A stretch of DNA of 64,000 nt from Clostridia bacterium (GCA_050950825.1 JBMNIH010000003.1:288001-352000), one strand, 5' to 3'; numbered from the stretch's first letter, positions 18,172 to 29,157 are shown. The notes: generated from the letters alone by a model not told the origin. Program-made: numbers and translations.

Positions 18172-20031
18172 ATGTCTAAGCGTGTTATACGTTTATTATG
18201 TATGACGGTTGTGATGGCGTTAATGCTTACATTCATCGCTTGCTCGCAAACAAGCGAAGAACAACCGAGTGTAACGACAACTGCAGCATCCACAACCACC
18301 GGTGCCATTACAACAACCAAAGCCGAAACTACAACGACCGCAGGTACAACTGCTCCGGTAGAAGAAAATCCTTTTGCCGAGTTTTATGAAGTATCCTGGA
18401 TCAGCGGTTTCGGTGCCGATTATGTCGAAGGTGCATACGATGAACTGATGATCGAAGAAAAGTACAACATTGACTTAAAGGTCTGGAACATCAGTTATTA
18501 TGACAGAGAAGGTTTGACCATGATGTTAGCCGCAGGGGATATTCCTGATGTCAGCTATATCCCGGAAGCTCCCATGGATGCGGTACAATTGTACAACGAA
18601 GGATTCACAAGATCCATTTCTCTCGATATGTACAAGAAGTACTTCCCGTACTACTATCAACAAATGCAAAATCATGCTCCTTCCAGCTTTGTGTACAACA
18701 ACATTCCGGGAACCGAAGATTATTATGGTATTTCTTTCATTATGACCACATGGATGTCATACTATAATGCTCCTATGTTCCGTTTGGACTGGCTGGAAAA
18801 CATCGGTTATGACATTCCCGAATCCGAATTAACTCCCATCACATTCAACGATGAAAAATTAGGACCGTTCAACGGCAATCTGTTCATCACCAACTACATG
18901 TTCGAGTTTGACGAAATGAACGACATCTTCAGAGCGTTCACGGAAGACGACCCGGACGGAAACGGTGAAGACGATACCTACGCAGCCGTTATATTCAACC
19001 ATACCTTCCGTTCAGCATGGGTTGACCTGTACTGGGGTATGTTCGGTGTGAACTCTTCCGAAAACAACTACTTGTACTTGGAAGAATCCACCGGTGACGT
19101 AGTTCCTTGGTATGCTTATTCCGGATACAGAGACTACATGGTATGGGCTAACGAAATGTACAACAAAGGATACATGAGAACCTTATCCGGTGACGGCGCT
19201 TGGTACGACGTATTGTTGGCAACATGGATGACCGGTAAAGTCGGATTCTTCACGGCCGACAGAAACTATATCGGACGTCCGGACTTCCCGGAATACTCCG
19301 ACAGACAACCGCCGCAGGGCTTCTGGGTAAACGGTATGACCGATGCGAAATTCGTTGTTATGCCGGTTCTGAAAGGCCCCGGAGATGTTTGGGGTAACAG
19401 AAGATACGGTCTCGACGCATTTGCAGACGGTAAATGGAGAACCTACAACATAGCGAAATCCGTTTCCGATGGCGAATTGGCACGTATCCTGACCATGTGG
19501 AACGACAGATACTCCGATCCGAAAGAAGATTGGAACGTAAGAGCATACATCGGTATCGAAGGAATCCACTTCAAATGGACAGGAGAACCTTGGAAATCCG
19601 GTATGATTACAACCGAAGCCGCTAAGGTTCCTCCGCAGTACAGAAAAGCCGGATTCTTCGGCGGAAGCTTCTTGCCTGAACCGTTATACTACGGTAACGA
19701 AGGTGCTTACCAAGTCGGACAATTCTCCATCGAAAACAGATGGACGGAAAAATACTGTATCGAACCGTACAAATATCTGAACAAGCTGAACATGGGTGAA
19801 GACCTGTACAATGCATACATCGAAGATTATGCAGAAGTAAGCGGTTCCATCAACGCAGCAATCTCCGATTTTGCAAACCGTTCTTGGAGAGGAGAAATCT
19901 CCGATATGTCCTCCGAGTGGGTACAATACATCAACCAATTATATTCTGCAGGTTTGGAAGACATCATTAAGAAATACTACAACAACGAAGACTTCAAACC
20001 GTATATAAGACCGACATTCACTTATAATTAA
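18172..20031 (+). CDS. Solute-binding lipoprotein, subfamily A paralogue 4
   Basis: Lipobox FIAC, Thr-rich linker, same core motifs; more diverged. Confidence 0.8.
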   Translation: MSKRVIRLLCMTVVMALMLTFIACSQTSEEQPSVTTTAASTTTGAITTTKAETTTTAGTTAPVEENPFAEFYEVSWISGFGADYVEGAYDELMIEEKYNIDLKVWNISYYDREGLTMMLAAGDIPDVSYIPEAPMDAVQLYNEGFTRSISLDMYKKYFPYYYQQMQNHAPSSFVYNNIPGTEDYYGISFIMTTWMSYYNAPMFRLDWLENIGYDIPESELTPITFNDEKLGPFNGNLFITNYMFEFDEMNDIFRAFTEDDPDGNGEDDTYAAVIFNHTFRSAWVDLYWGMFGVNSSENNYLYLEESTGDVVPWYAYSGYRDYMVWANEMYNKGYMRTLSGDGAWYDVLLATWMTGKVGFFTADRNYIGRPDFPEYSDRQPPQGFWVNGMTDAKFVVMPVLKGPGDVWGNRRYGLDAFADGKWRTYNIAKSVSDGELARILTMWNDRYSDPKEDWNVRAYIGIEGIHFKWTGEPWKSGMITTEAAKVPPQYRKAGFFGGSFLPEPLYYGNEGAYQVGQFSIENRWTEKYCIEPYKYLNKLNMGEDLYNAYIEDYAEVSGSINAAISDFANRSWRGEISDMSSEWVQYINQLYSAGLEDIIKKYYNNEDFKPYIRPTFTYN

Positions 20032-20039
20032 GCAAATGG

Positions 20040-20068
20040 AAAGAGGGGCTAAAAAGCCCCTCTTTTTT
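20040..20068. terminator. Bidirectional intrinsic terminator
   Basis: AAAGAGGGGCT-AAA-AAGCCCCTCTTTTTT between convergent genes. Confidence 0.8.
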
Positions 20069-20085
20069 AATGCTCTTTATTCATA

Positions 20086-21081
20086 TTATGCAATGGTCGC
20101 CAATTGTTCTTCCTTTACCTCCCCGAGGATCGGTTCTCTGTTTATAAAGCTTTCGATGGCCTGCACCGTATAAAGACCGATACGAAATCTTCCGTTGGTA
20201 ACGGCACCGGCGATATGAGGCGTCATGATTATATTCGGCAAGGTTCGAAAAGGATGATCGACGGCAGGCGGCTCCGGATCCGTTACATCCAAGCAAGCCT
20301 TGATCCGTCCGGTTTTGCACTCTTCATACAGCGCCTCTTCATCGATTAAGGAGCCTCGAGCGGTGTTAATTAAGGTGGCTCCGTCTTTCATCAGCTTCAA
20401 ATTGGATCGATTGATCATTTTGTTGGTCGCAGGCAGGGACGGCGCATGAAGGGAAACAACCTCGCTTGACCTCATCAATTCGTCCAGCTCCACCTTCTTT
20501 ACTCCCAGTTCTTTTGCCTGTTCTTCGGAAACAAAAGGATCGTATAACAAAATGTTGACGTGAAAGTTTTTTAACAGCTTGATAAAATGCCTTCCCACCC
20601 AACCGGCTCCTACGACGCCGATATTGATTCCGTACATTTCCTTCGTTTTCATTTTGTTTTTAGCCCATTCCCCGTTGTGAATGTCCGTGTCCAACTCCTT
20701 TACATTTTTAACGGAGATAATGGTTAAACCCAAAGCCGTTTCGGCAACACCGATACCGATGGCATTGGCACAGCTTACGACACGTATTCCCCTCGGGAAG
20801 ATTTGGTCGCTCATGATGGGTTTTACGGACCCGGCGGCATGTATAATCAATTTGAGATTCGGAGCCGTATCCAATATGTCTTTGTCTAAGGAAGGAGTTC
20901 CCCAAGAAGTAATAGCGATGTCGGCTTCCTTAATCAATTCCTTGACCCGCTCCTTGTTCGGAGCCTTCAAATCCTCGTTTTGCGTCACTTCGCCTAATTG
21001 TAACAGCTTCTCCATACACTCCGAATCAAACAAAGAGTCGGCAAGAGGTTTTTGTGCAAGCAGCGAAATCTTCAAAAACAA
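20086..21081 (-). CDS. D-isomer-specific 2-hydroxyacid dehydrogenase
   Basis: GVVGAGWVG, SLHAP, INTARG, LDVTDPEP, TPHIAG. True start may be the TTG at 21075. Confidence 0.9.
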   Translation of the reverse strand: MFLKISLLAQKPLADSLFDSECMEKLLQLGEVTQNEDLKAPNKERVKELIKEADIAITSWGTPSLDKDILDTAPNLKLIIHAAGSVKPIMSDQIFPRGIRVVSCANAIGIGVAETALGLTIISVKNVKELDTDIHNGEWAKNKMKTKEMYGINIGVVGAGWVGRHFIKLLKNFHVNILLYDPFVSEEQAKELGVKKVELDELMRSSEVVSLHAPSLPATNKMINRSNLKLMKDGATLINTARGSLIDEEALYEECKTGRIKACLDVTDPEPPAVDHPFRTLPNIIMTPHIAGAVTNGRFRIGLYTVQAIESFINREPILGEVKEEQLATIA

Positions 21082-21196
21082 TCACTCCTTAACTGTCTGT
21101 TTTTAACCATTGTATCACAATTACTCAATTCGTATGTTTATTTGTGAAAAAATAAAGGAAGAGGCGAAGCTCTTCCTTTACTTTCGTTCGAATTAT

Positions 21197-22267
21197 TTAT
21201 TTAAGCTCTTCGTTGACAACCTTGACGCCTTCTCTTGCCGATTTGTAAATGGCTTGGACTACCTTCAGCGCTTCGTATCCGTCGATACCTCTCAAACCGA
21301 TTTTTGCGTCCTTGTTGTCTCGTATGCATTCCATAAAGTGACGAATTTCGCTTACATAACCTAAGTTGAATTTTTCGTCAACGGCAGGTCGAGACCATCC
21401 GGTGGTTATTTCCGCTTTTTCAACCGTATAGCTTAAGCCGGGTATGGAGAACACGTTAATGGGAGAAGAGAAGGACAAATCCACGTGCATGCAGCCTTCC
21501 GTGCCGTAAACCTCGAACACGTCTTCCATGCCGCCTTTGGTAACATAGTTGGCTTCGATTAAAGCGGAGGTTCCGTCTTGGAATTTAATCAAGCATGCGG
21601 ACCAGTCTTCGCCTTCCATCTGCTTGTGAACCAGATTGTTTTCCTTGCCACCTGAGGTCATGGCCATCAATTCCGTCCATTTGTTTTCTTTCAATGCCAA
21701 AAGGAAGGAGATGGGGTGGCATCCCAAGTGAATCATACATCCGCCGCCGCAGAATGCGATGGTTTGGGCGAAAGGAGAATGGGATCCGCTATGGCATTCT
21801 CTTGCACGATAGTAAAGGGGTTTACCGATAGCGCCTTCCTTAACGATATCCAAAGCTTTTAATAAAGCCGGCGCAAACAACCAGTCTTCCGCATAATATA
21901 GCCTTTTACCGGCCTTCTCTGCCGCCTGCAGTATTTCGCGAGCGTCTTCCAATGTTGTGGCGAGGGGCTTTTCGGTAATAACGTGTCTGCCCTTTTGGAA
22001 AGCATACACGGCTACATCGTGGTGCATGAAGTTGGGTAAGCAAATGTCCACCACATCACAATCTACATTGTCAATTGCGTCTTTCCAATCATCGTATTGC
22101 GCGTAATCCTTTAATCCGTATCTATCCGCTAATTCTTTTACTCTTTCCGGTCTTTTGTCTGCAAGCCCGACAATGGTTGCCAGTTCGGGGCAACGTACAT
22201 ATCCTTCTACGTGCAAGTTCGCAGCGAACGCGGCTCCTACAACGAGAACTCTAACCTTCTTGTCCAT
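21197..22267 (-). CDS. Gfo/Idh/MocA family oxidoreductase
   Basis: N-terminal Rossmann fold, ICLPNFMH, EKP motif, GGGCMIHLGCH. Confidence 0.9.
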   Translation of the reverse strand: MDKKVRVLVVGAAFAANLHVEGYVRCPELATIVGLADKRPERVKELADRYGLKDYAQYDDWKDAIDNVDCDVVDICLPNFMHHDVAVYAFQKGRHVITEKPLATTLEDAREILQAAEKAGKRLYYAEDWLFAPALLKALDIVKEGAIGKPLYYRARECHSGSHSPFAQTIAFCGGGCMIHLGCHPISFLLALKENKWTELMAMTSGGKENNLVHKQMEGEDWSACLIKFQDGTSALIEANYVTKGGMEDVFEVYGTEGCMHVDLSFSSPINVFSIPGLSYTVEKAEITTGWSRPAVDEKFNLGYVSEIRHFMECIRDNKDAKIGLRGIDGYEALKVVQAIYKSAREGVKVVNEELK

Positions 22268-22352
22268 CCTAATACCTCCGATATATAAATAAATAAGTAA
22301 CCGTATTTTTACTTACATCTATTATATGTACAAAGCACCCGCTCGTCAACTG

Positions 22353-23192
22353 TTACAGACCTTTTAAGGCGCCTATGACATCCTTTGAACGGAATATCAA
22401 TCCGTACAAGGTCGAAATCATATACAATTGGCCGTGCTTGTTCCATTCCCCTCGAATGCTTTCCTTCGTTTCCATGGCTACGGTAGCGTCCTCAATGACG
22501 GAGCATATAAGGCCTTTTCGGAACATATCCACCATACCGCAGGGAGATACCTGCAAGCAGCAGTTTAGTGCAAACCCGGTGTATATCAAATGATTAATTC
22601 CCTCTTTTTTGCATAGAGCAAACAATTCTTCCGTAGTCGCGGCGATCGGCTCGTCGCCTATCGGCATGGCCTCATCCGCGAAGTTTCGTATCTTTATGGA
22701 ACGGTGAATATCCTCCATGTTGTGCTTTCCGTAAGAAGCGTCGTAGGTAATCATTTCTTTGATTTTTCGATAGGCATCATCCGGTTCGCAGAGATCCGGC
22801 TTCGGTTGAACCGCTCCGATGCCATGTTGTTCGTTGTATTCTTTCAACGTCTTCAGAACGTATTGGTATCCGGGATAGGAAGAATAGTAGTCCGGGCCTC
22901 CTACCACGTGATACAAGCGGAGAGGGGAATTTCGAACCGTTTCCAACAGCTCCGGAAACACTTTCTTGCATACCTCGTAAGAACGAAGCACGTATTCGTT
23001 TGCTCGGAAAACGCCGGGGTATTCCTCCGGGGTTCCTACGTTCCAAGCATGCATCACCACTACCGCCGTCTTTTCCGGATTGATTTCCACCGTTCTTGTG
23101 TCCCATCCGAGATATCCGTCTGCCGGAACTTCCAAGGTAAAATCCGCATCATAGCCTCTGTAAATCTTAGCCTTCAGTTGAATCGTATTCAT
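22353..23192 (-). CDS. Isochorismatase/cysteine hydrolase-like protein
   Basis: KTAVVVMHAW, GINHLIYTGFALNCC, VIEDAT; start MNTIQ after AGGAGG. Confidence 0.65.
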   Translation of the reverse strand: MNTIQLKAKIYRGYDADFTLEVPADGYLGWDTRTVEINPEKTAVVVMHAWNVGTPEEYPGVFRANEYVLRSYEVCKKVFPELLETVRNSPLRLYHVVGGPDYYSSYPGYQYVLKTLKEYNEQHGIGAVQPKPDLCEPDDAYRKIKEMITYDASYGKHNMEDIHRSIKIRNFADEAMPIGDEPIAATTEELFALCKKEGINHLIYTGFALNCCLQVSPCGMVDMFRKGLICSVIEDATVAMETKESIRGEWNKHGQLYMISTLYGLIFRSKDVIGALKGL

Positions 23193-23354
23193 AAACGATT
23201 TGATCCTCCTATGCACTCAAAAGAGACGTTCTTTTTTGAATTATACCATACCTTCGTAAGGTTCTTTGTCCTATTACGATATTTTTATTAAGGAATTTAT
23301 GTTTTTTACAACCGTTTTGTATTGAAAAAAGTGCAATAAATAATTCAAATTTTA

Positions 23355-23382
23355 TTGACATCACAAAAGATTGTGCTATAAT
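23355..23382 (+). promoter_or_regulatory. Sigma-A promoter of the pot operon
   Basis: TTGACA-N16-TATAAT with extended -10 TG. Confidence 0.75.
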
Positions 23383-23390
23383 GAATTCGC

Positions 23391-23413
23391 TTTGTTTAGT
23401 ATAACTAAACAAA
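23391..23413. promoter_or_regulatory. Palindromic operator, likely for the adjacent XRE-cupin regulator
   Basis: TTTGTTTAGT-ATA-ACTAAACAAA, a perfect inverted repeat just downstream of the -10. Confidence 0.6.
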
Positions 23414-23463
23414 GAGTTTAATTAAAATAAATTTTTAAAATGTAAAAAGCAAGAAGAGAAACC

Positions 23464-24003
23464 ATGAATATAGGGAAAAAGATTAAAAGGTTAAGACAAC
23501 TGAATAATTTGACCCAGCAAGAGCTTGCCGATCGGAGCGAACTGTCAAAAGGCTACATATCTCAGCTTGAGAAAAACATAGCTTCTCCTTCCATCGCCAC
23601 TTTAATGGATCTGTTGCAGTGTTTAGGTACGGATTTGAAAGAGTTCTTCAGTCAAGACGAGGATTATCAAGTCGTGTTTACCGCCAATGACATGTTCGAA
23701 AATGAAAACGAAGAAAACAAAAGCCTGGTGAAATGGTTGGTACCGAATTGCAAGAAGTACACCATGGAACCGATCATCATGATTTTACAACCGGGAGGTG
23801 TCTCCAAAAAGGATGAACCTCATAGCGGGGAAGAATTCGGTTATGTATTGGATGGAACCGTCGACATCCATTTGGGTTCGACGGTACACAAAGCCCGAAA
23901 AGGGAACTCGTTTTACTACGATGCCTCTTTACCCCACTACATCAGCAATTCGGGAAAACGCCCCGCAAAGATATTATGGATTTCATCGCCACCTAATTTT
24001 TAA
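23464..24003 (+). CDS. XRE-family HTH plus cupin regulator (PuuR-like)
   Basis: LTQQELADRSELSKGYISQLE HTH, PHSGEEFGYVL cupin; first gene of the pot operon. Confidence 0.9.
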   Translation: MNIGKKIKRLRQLNNLTQQELADRSELSKGYISQLEKNIASPSIATLMDLLQCLGTDLKEFFSQDEDYQVVFTANDMFENENEENKSLVKWLVPNCKKYTMEPIIMILQPGGVSKKDEPHSGEEFGYVLDGTVDIHLGSTVHKARKGNSFYYDASLPHYISNSGKRPAKILWISSPPNF

Positions 24004-24030
24004 TAATGATACGAAAGGATAGAGAAAGTA

Positions 24031-25083
24031 ATGTCGGATTACATTATTGAACTGAAGAACGTTACCAAAATCTTTGAAGACGGCTTTGTAGCGTTGGATA
24101 ACCTTAATTTGAGCATCAAAAAAAATGAATTCTTAACATTACTTGGCCCCAGCGGATGCGGCAAGACCACAACCCTGCGGATTATAGGCGGCTTTGAGAC
24201 GCCAACCAAAGGAGACGTCATATTTCAAGGACAAAGGATCAACGATCTTCCTCCGCACAAGAGAAAGGTAAATACGGTCTTTCAAAAGTACGCTTTATTT
24301 ACCCATTTGAATGTTTTTGACAACGTTGCTTTCGGATTGAAGATTTCCAAAACACCGAAAAATGAAATAAAGGAAAGAGTTACGGAAATGCTGGCCTTGG
24401 TAAACCTGCACGGCTTTGAAGAACGGCAGGTGGAGTCCTTAAGCGGCGGCCAACAGCAAAGAGTCGCCATTGCCAGAGCGTTGGTCAATCGTCCCGATGT
24501 TTTATTGTTGGACGAACCCCTTGGCGCCTTGGACCTGAAAATGCGCAAGGAAATGCAAATTGAACTGAAAAAAATGCAGGAAAAGCTGGGTATCACCTTT
24601 GTGTACGTAACCCATGACCAAGAAGAAGCCCTCAGCATGTCCGACAGCATCGTCATTTTAAAAGACGGTATCGTTCAACAGATTGGCGATCCGGTTTCCA
24701 TATACAACGAACCGAAAAACGCATTTGTAGCGGATTTTATCGGAGAAAGCAATATATTAGACGGAACCATGGTCAAAGATAAATTGGTCCGTTTCTGCAA
24801 TAAAGACATTCCCTGTATCGATACGGGATTTGAGCCGAACGAGCCTATTGATGTGGTGATTCGACCGGAAGACATCGATATCGTGAAGCTATCCGATGCG
24901 CAGTGGACAGGGAAAGTTTTGTCCGTCGTGTTTAAAGGGGTGCATTACGATATAACGGTAGAATCTCCGGACGGATTTATATGGCTTATACAAAATACCG
25001 ACCGTCAATACGAAGGCGATACGATCGGTATGAGCGTAGATCCGGAAAACATTCACATTATGAAAAAGGTGGTGGTGCCATGA
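24031..25083 (+). CDS. potA: Spermidine/putrescine ABC transporter ATPase
   Basis: [37 protein letters not shown]. Confidence 0.95.
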   Translation: MSDYIIELKNVTKIFEDGFVALDNLNLSIKKNEFLTLLGPSGCGKTTTLRIIGGFETPTKGDVIFQGQRINDLPPHKRKVNTVFQKYALFTHLNVFDNVAFGLKISKTPKNEIKERVTEMLALVNLHGFEERQVESLSGGQQQRVAIARALVNRPDVLLLDEPLGALDLKMRKEMQIELKKMQEKLGITFVYVTHDQEEALSMSDSIVILKDGIVQQIGDPVSIYNEPKNAFVADFIGESNILDGTMVKDKLVRFCNKDIPCIDTGFEPNEPIDVVIRPEDIDIVKLSDAQWTGKVLSVVFKGVHYDITVESPDGFIWLIQNTDRQYEGDTIGMSVDPENIHIMKKVVVP

Positions 25084-25898
25084 AAAGGTGGTTCTCTCTC
25101 CCTTACTTGGTGTGGATGGTTATCTTCATCACCGTCCCGCTGCTGCTGATTCTATTCTACGCTGTAACCGAAAGAACCGACCAAGGCCTTGTATTTACAG
25201 CGAATCATTTTAAACAGATATTTGATCCGCTGTATTTAAAGGTTTTTTTACGGTCTTTTAAAATTGCTTTTATCGCCACATTGATTTGCTTGGCCTTAGG
25301 ATACCCGGTAGCACTTTTCCTCGCATCCAAGGATTTTCCCAACTCCTCCACCTATTTGCTGCTGTTCGTTATTCCCATGTGGATGAACTTTCTGTTAAGG
25401 ACTTATGCATGGCTGACCTTATTGGAGAACAACGGCATTATTAACCAGGCGCTGGAGCTGCTCGGTATTTCGAAGGTACAATTCTTGTACAACGAGGGCG
25501 CCGTCATATTGGGTACGGTATATAACTTTTTGCCCTTTATGGTTCTACCCGTTTACTCGGTCATCGTAAAAATCGACGAAAGCGTTATACGGGCCGCCCA
25601 AGATTTAGGTGCGAACAACATTCAGGTTTTGCTCAAGGTGATTGTTCCTTTAAGCCTTCCCGGAGTGATAAGCGGTATTACCATGGTTTTCATGCCGTCG
25701 GTTTCCACCTTCGTTATTTCCCGTTTGTTAGGAGGAGGCCAATTCCCGTTAATCGGTAATATTATCGAGCAACAGTTCCTGCTGACAAGCAATTGGGGAT
25801 TCGGTTCGGCCTTGTCCTTCGTATTGCTCGTATTGGTTATTATCAGCATGTTCTTTACCAACATGAATAACAAGGACGGAAAGGAGAGCATACTATGA
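25080..25898 (+). CDS. potB: Spermidine/putrescine ABC permease
   Basis: [17 protein letters not shown]-like AAQDLGA; ATG overlaps the potA stop. Confidence 0.93.
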   Translation: MKRWFSLPYLVWMVIFITVPLLLILFYAVTERTDQGLVFTANHFKQIFDPLYLKVFLRSFKIAFIATLICLALGYPVALFLASKDFPNSSTYLLLFVIPMWMNFLLRTYAWLTLLENNGIINQALELLGISKVQFLYNEGAVILGTVYNFLPFMVLPVYSVIVKIDESVIRAAQDLGANNIQVLLKVIVPLSLPGVISGITMVFMPSVSTFVISRLLGGGQFPLIGNIIEQQFLLTSNWGFGSALSFVLLVLVIISMFFTNMNNKDGKESIL

Positions 25899-26692
25899 GT
25901 AAAGTATTGAAAAAACTGTATATTTGGCTGATCATACTCTTTCTGTATGCACCCATTGTGGTGTTGATGGTATACAGCTTCAACGACTCGAGATCCCGGG
26001 CTACATGGAGCGGCTTTACTTTTCGTTGGTATATCGAGCTGTTTCAAGACAGAATGATCTTACAAGCCTTGTATTACACCATCACCATCGCTTTGCTCTC
26101 GTCCGTCATCGCCACGATAATCGGAACATTTGCAGCCATCGGAATTTTCGGATACAAAAAGCTCAGCTTCAATTTGGTCCGAAACATATCCTACATACCG
26201 GTCATCAATGCCGATATCGTTACCGGGGTGTCCCTCATGCTGTTGTTTGTGTTTTTAGGCATCAACCAAGGCTTTTTCACGCTGCTGATCGCCCATATTA
26301 CCTTCAACATCCCGTATGTCATATTTTCGGTATTGCCGAAACTGTACCAAATGGACGTCCACGTTTACGAGGCGGCAATGGACTTAGGGGCAAGTCCTTT
26401 GACTTCCATATTAAAAGTAGTCATACCGGAAATACGTCATGGGATTATCACCGGTTTTTTGTTGGCTTTTACCTTGTCCTTGGACGATTTCGTGATCAGC
26501 TTTTTCACTACCGGCCCCGGAGTAAACAATCTGTCGATCATTATCTACTCCATGGCAAGAAGAGGAATCAATCCGAAAATCAATGCCTTGTCTACATTGA
26601 TGTTTGCCGTGGTTATGATACTGTTATTCGTTATAAATAAAAAGTCGGCATCCAATAATCATTTAGAAAAGAAAGTTAGGAGGGAGATTTAA
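25895..26692 (+). CDS. potC: Spermidine/putrescine ABC permease
   Basis: FLYAPI, EAAMDLGA, FTLSLDDFVISFF. Confidence 0.93.
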   Translation: MSKVLKKLYIWLIILFLYAPIVVLMVYSFNDSRSRATWSGFTFRWYIELFQDRMILQALYYTITIALLSSVIATIIGTFAAIGIFGYKKLSFNLVRNISYIPVINADIVTGVSLMLLFVFLGINQGFFTLLIAHITFNIPYVIFSVLPKLYQMDVHVYEAAMDLGASPLTSILKVVIPEIRHGIITGFLLAFTLSLDDFVISFFTTGPGVNNLSIIIYSMARRGINPKINALSTLMFAVVMILLFVINKKSASNNHLEKKVRREI

Positions 26693-27730
26693 ATGACAAA
26701 AAAAGTCGGCGTTCTGTTTTTAGCTTTAATTATGATATCCGTCATGCTGCTTCCCGGATGTGACGACGAGAATACCTTGTACGTCTATAACTGGGGAGAT
26801 TACATGGACATGGAAGTCATCAAGATGTTCGAAAAGGAAACCGGTATCAAGGTGAGGTACCAAACCTACACCACCAACGAAGATATGTACGTAAAACTTA
26901 AGTCCGGTTCCGCCAAATACGACGTCATTTTCCCGTCGGATTATATGCTCGATCGTATGGTGCAAGAAGGCTTGGTGCAAAAAATCGATTTAAACAATAT
27001 TCCCAACTTCGCTCTTATCAATGATATATTCAAAGATCCGGAGTACGACCCGGGCAACCAATACTCGGTTCCCTATTTATGGGGTACGGTAGGTATTTTG
27101 TACAACAAGAAAATGGTTCAGGAACCGGTGGACAGTTGGAATATTTTATGGGACAAAAAATATGAAAAGAAAATCTTAATGGTAGACAGCCAAAGAGATT
27201 CTTTAGGCGTCGCATTAAAGCGTTTGGGCTACTCCATGAACACCACCAATACAAAAGAAGTGGACGAAGCTAAAAATTCTTTAATCGAGCAAAAACCATT
27301 GGTTCTCGCCTATATCGTAGACGAAGCGCGAGATAAAATGGCAAATGAAGAAGCGGCTCTTGCCGTGGTATGGTCCGGAGAGGCTATACTGGCCATGGAA
27401 ATGAACGAGGATTTGGCCTTTGCATATCCGAAGGAAGGATCCAACATATGGTATGACGTCGTTGCCATACCCGCCACCTCCACGAAAAAAGAATTGGCGG
27501 AAAAATTCATTAACTTCTTATGCAGAACCGACATCGCATATATGAATGCCGTATACACCGGGTACTCCAGTCCTCAAATCGAAGTGTACGACCTTTTGGA
27601 CGAAGATATACAGAACAATCCGGCTGCCTATCCTAGCGAAGAAGTCATCAAAAATTGCGAAGTGTTTAAGTATTTAGGCGACTTTGTTGAATATTACAAC
27701 AGAGCATGGATGGAAGTAACGGCAAATTAA
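26693..27730 (+). CDS. potD: Spermidine/putrescine-binding lipoprotein
   Basis: Lipobox LPGC, YNWGDY, FPSDYM, PYLWGTVGI, PKEGSNIWYD. Confidence 0.93.
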   Translation: MTKKVGVLFLALIMISVMLLPGCDDENTLYVYNWGDYMDMEVIKMFEKETGIKVRYQTYTTNEDMYVKLKSGSAKYDVIFPSDYMLDRMVQEGLVQKIDLNNIPNFALINDIFKDPEYDPGNQYSVPYLWGTVGILYNKKMVQEPVDSWNILWDKKYEKKILMVDSQRDSLGVALKRLGYSMNTTNTKEVDEAKNSLIEQKPLVLAYIVDEARDKMANEEAALAVVWSGEAILAMEMNEDLAFAYPKEGSNIWYDVVAIPATSTKKELAEKFINFLCRTDIAYMNAVYTGYSSPQIEVYDLLDEDIQNNPAAYPSEEVIKNCEVFKYLGDFVEYYNRAWMEVTAN

Positions 27731-27741
27731 GAACAGGTCAC

Positions 27742-27772
27742 AAAAAGCCTTTGGCGAAAGCCGAAGGCTTTT
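27742..27772 (+). terminator. Intrinsic terminator after potD
   Basis: AAAAGCCTTTGGC-GAAA-GCCGAAGGCTTTT. Confidence 0.8.
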
Positions 27773-27838
27773 ACTTTTTATCGCACTTTGACTGTGATAT
27801 AATAACCAAAACGGTTGAAAAATCGGGGGTATTTATAA

Positions 27839-29086
27839 ATGACGAGTAATCATCGTACAGCTTTGGAAAAAGTCCGACTAGGTGTCATCGGATTAGGCGG
27901 AAGAGGAAGCGGATTGCACGGATTGCTATTAAACATGGATGACGTCGAGGTTCCGGCCATATCCGATGTTTACGAGGACCGTATGGAAAAGAATGCGGAA
28001 GCCGCATATAAAAAAAGGGGCGTAAGGCCTAACACCTATCAAGATTACAGAGAGTTGTTAGACAAAGAAGACTTGGACGGAGTGATTATTCCTTCTTCCT
28101 GGACTTCTCATGCGGAAATTGCCATTGCGGCCATGGAAAGCGGAAAATATGCGGCCGTCGAAGTAGGAGGGGCATCCTCCGTCCAAGAATGCTGGGATTT
28201 GGTTCGTACATCGGAACGTACCGGAAAGCCTTGCATGATGCTGGAAAACTGCTGCTACGGCCGTGAAGAAATGACTCTGTTGAACATGATCAAAAAGGGA
28301 TTGTTCGGCGAAATCATACACTGCCAGGGAGGTTACGAACACGACTTAAGGCACGAGGTCTCCCACGGCCTTATAAACCGCCATTATCGGTTCCGAAACT
28401 ACCAAAACAGAAACGGCGAAGTTTATCCCACCCATGAACTGGGTCCTATTGCCAAGTACCTAAACATCAACAGAGGAAACCGCTTTTTGTCCTTGACCTC
28501 CATGTCTTCGAAGGCAAGAGGTCTTCACGAATACATTGTTAACACCATGGGACCGGAGCACCCCTTGGCATCGGTCCAATTCACACAAGGCGACATCGTG
28601 ACGACCATGATCAAATGCGCGCACGGCGAAACCGTATTTCTCATTCACGATACCACCCTGCCTCGTCCCTACTCCAGAGGAGGACGCGTACAGGGAACAA
28701 AGGGTATATGGATGGAAGACAACCAATCCATACATTTTGACGGCATAACGCCCCATGAACAATGGGAGCCTTTTAAAAAATACTTGGAAGAATACGAGCA
28801 TCCTCTTTGGAAATGGTACAGAGAAGAGGGCGTTCAGGGCGGACACGGCGGCATGGACTATTTGGTGCTTCGAGCCTATGTGGAAAGCATAAAAAATCAA
28901 ACCGATACTCCCATCGATGTGTACGACACCGCAACATGGATGGTTATAACCTGCTTGTCGGAAGATTCGGTTGCTATGGGCAGCATGCCCGTTCCCATAC
29001 CCGACTTTACCAACGGAAAATGGATTGACCGAAAGGAACCGAAGCCTTGGAAATATTCCTTGGACGTGATTCCGGAGACGATATAA
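27839..29086 (+). CDS. Gfo/Idh/MocA oxidoreductase, GH109 (alpha-N-acetylgalactosaminidase)-like
   Basis: GLGGRG, MMLENCCY, YPTHELGP, HDTTLPRPYS, GGHGGMDY. Confidence 0.85.
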   Translation: MTSNHRTALEKVRLGVIGLGGRGSGLHGLLLNMDDVEVPAISDVYEDRMEKNAEAAYKKRGVRPNTYQDYRELLDKEDLDGVIIPSSWTSHAEIAIAAMESGKYAAVEVGGASSVQECWDLVRTSERTGKPCMMLENCCYGREEMTLLNMIKKGLFGEIIHCQGGYEHDLRHEVSHGLINRHYRFRNYQNRNGEVYPTHELGPIAKYLNINRGNRFLSLTSMSSKARGLHEYIVNTMGPEHPLASVQFTQGDIVTTMIKCAHGETVFLIHDTTLPRPYSRGGRVQGTKGIWMEDNQSIHFDGITPHEQWEPFKKYLEEYEHPLWKWYREEGVQGGHGGMDYLVLRAYVESIKNQTDTPIDVYDTATWMVITCLSEDSVAMGSMPVPIPDFTNGKWIDRKEPKPWKYSLDVIPETI

Positions 29087-29105
29087 AAGATTATTTAAGT
29101 GAATG

Positions 29106-29132
29106 AAAGCCGGGCTTTGAAGCCCGGCTTTT
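29106..29132. terminator. Bidirectional intrinsic terminator
   Basis: AAAGCCGGGCTT-TG-AAGCCCGGCTTTT between convergent genes. Confidence 0.8.
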
Positions 29133-29157
29133 CCGTATCATTTCTTACGTTTTACCG

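Noticed and set aside
9817-20031. Diversity-generating retroelement acting on lipoprotein repeats
   Set aside because: No reverse transcriptase in the window, and the differences between copies are not adenine-specific TR/VR-type changes.
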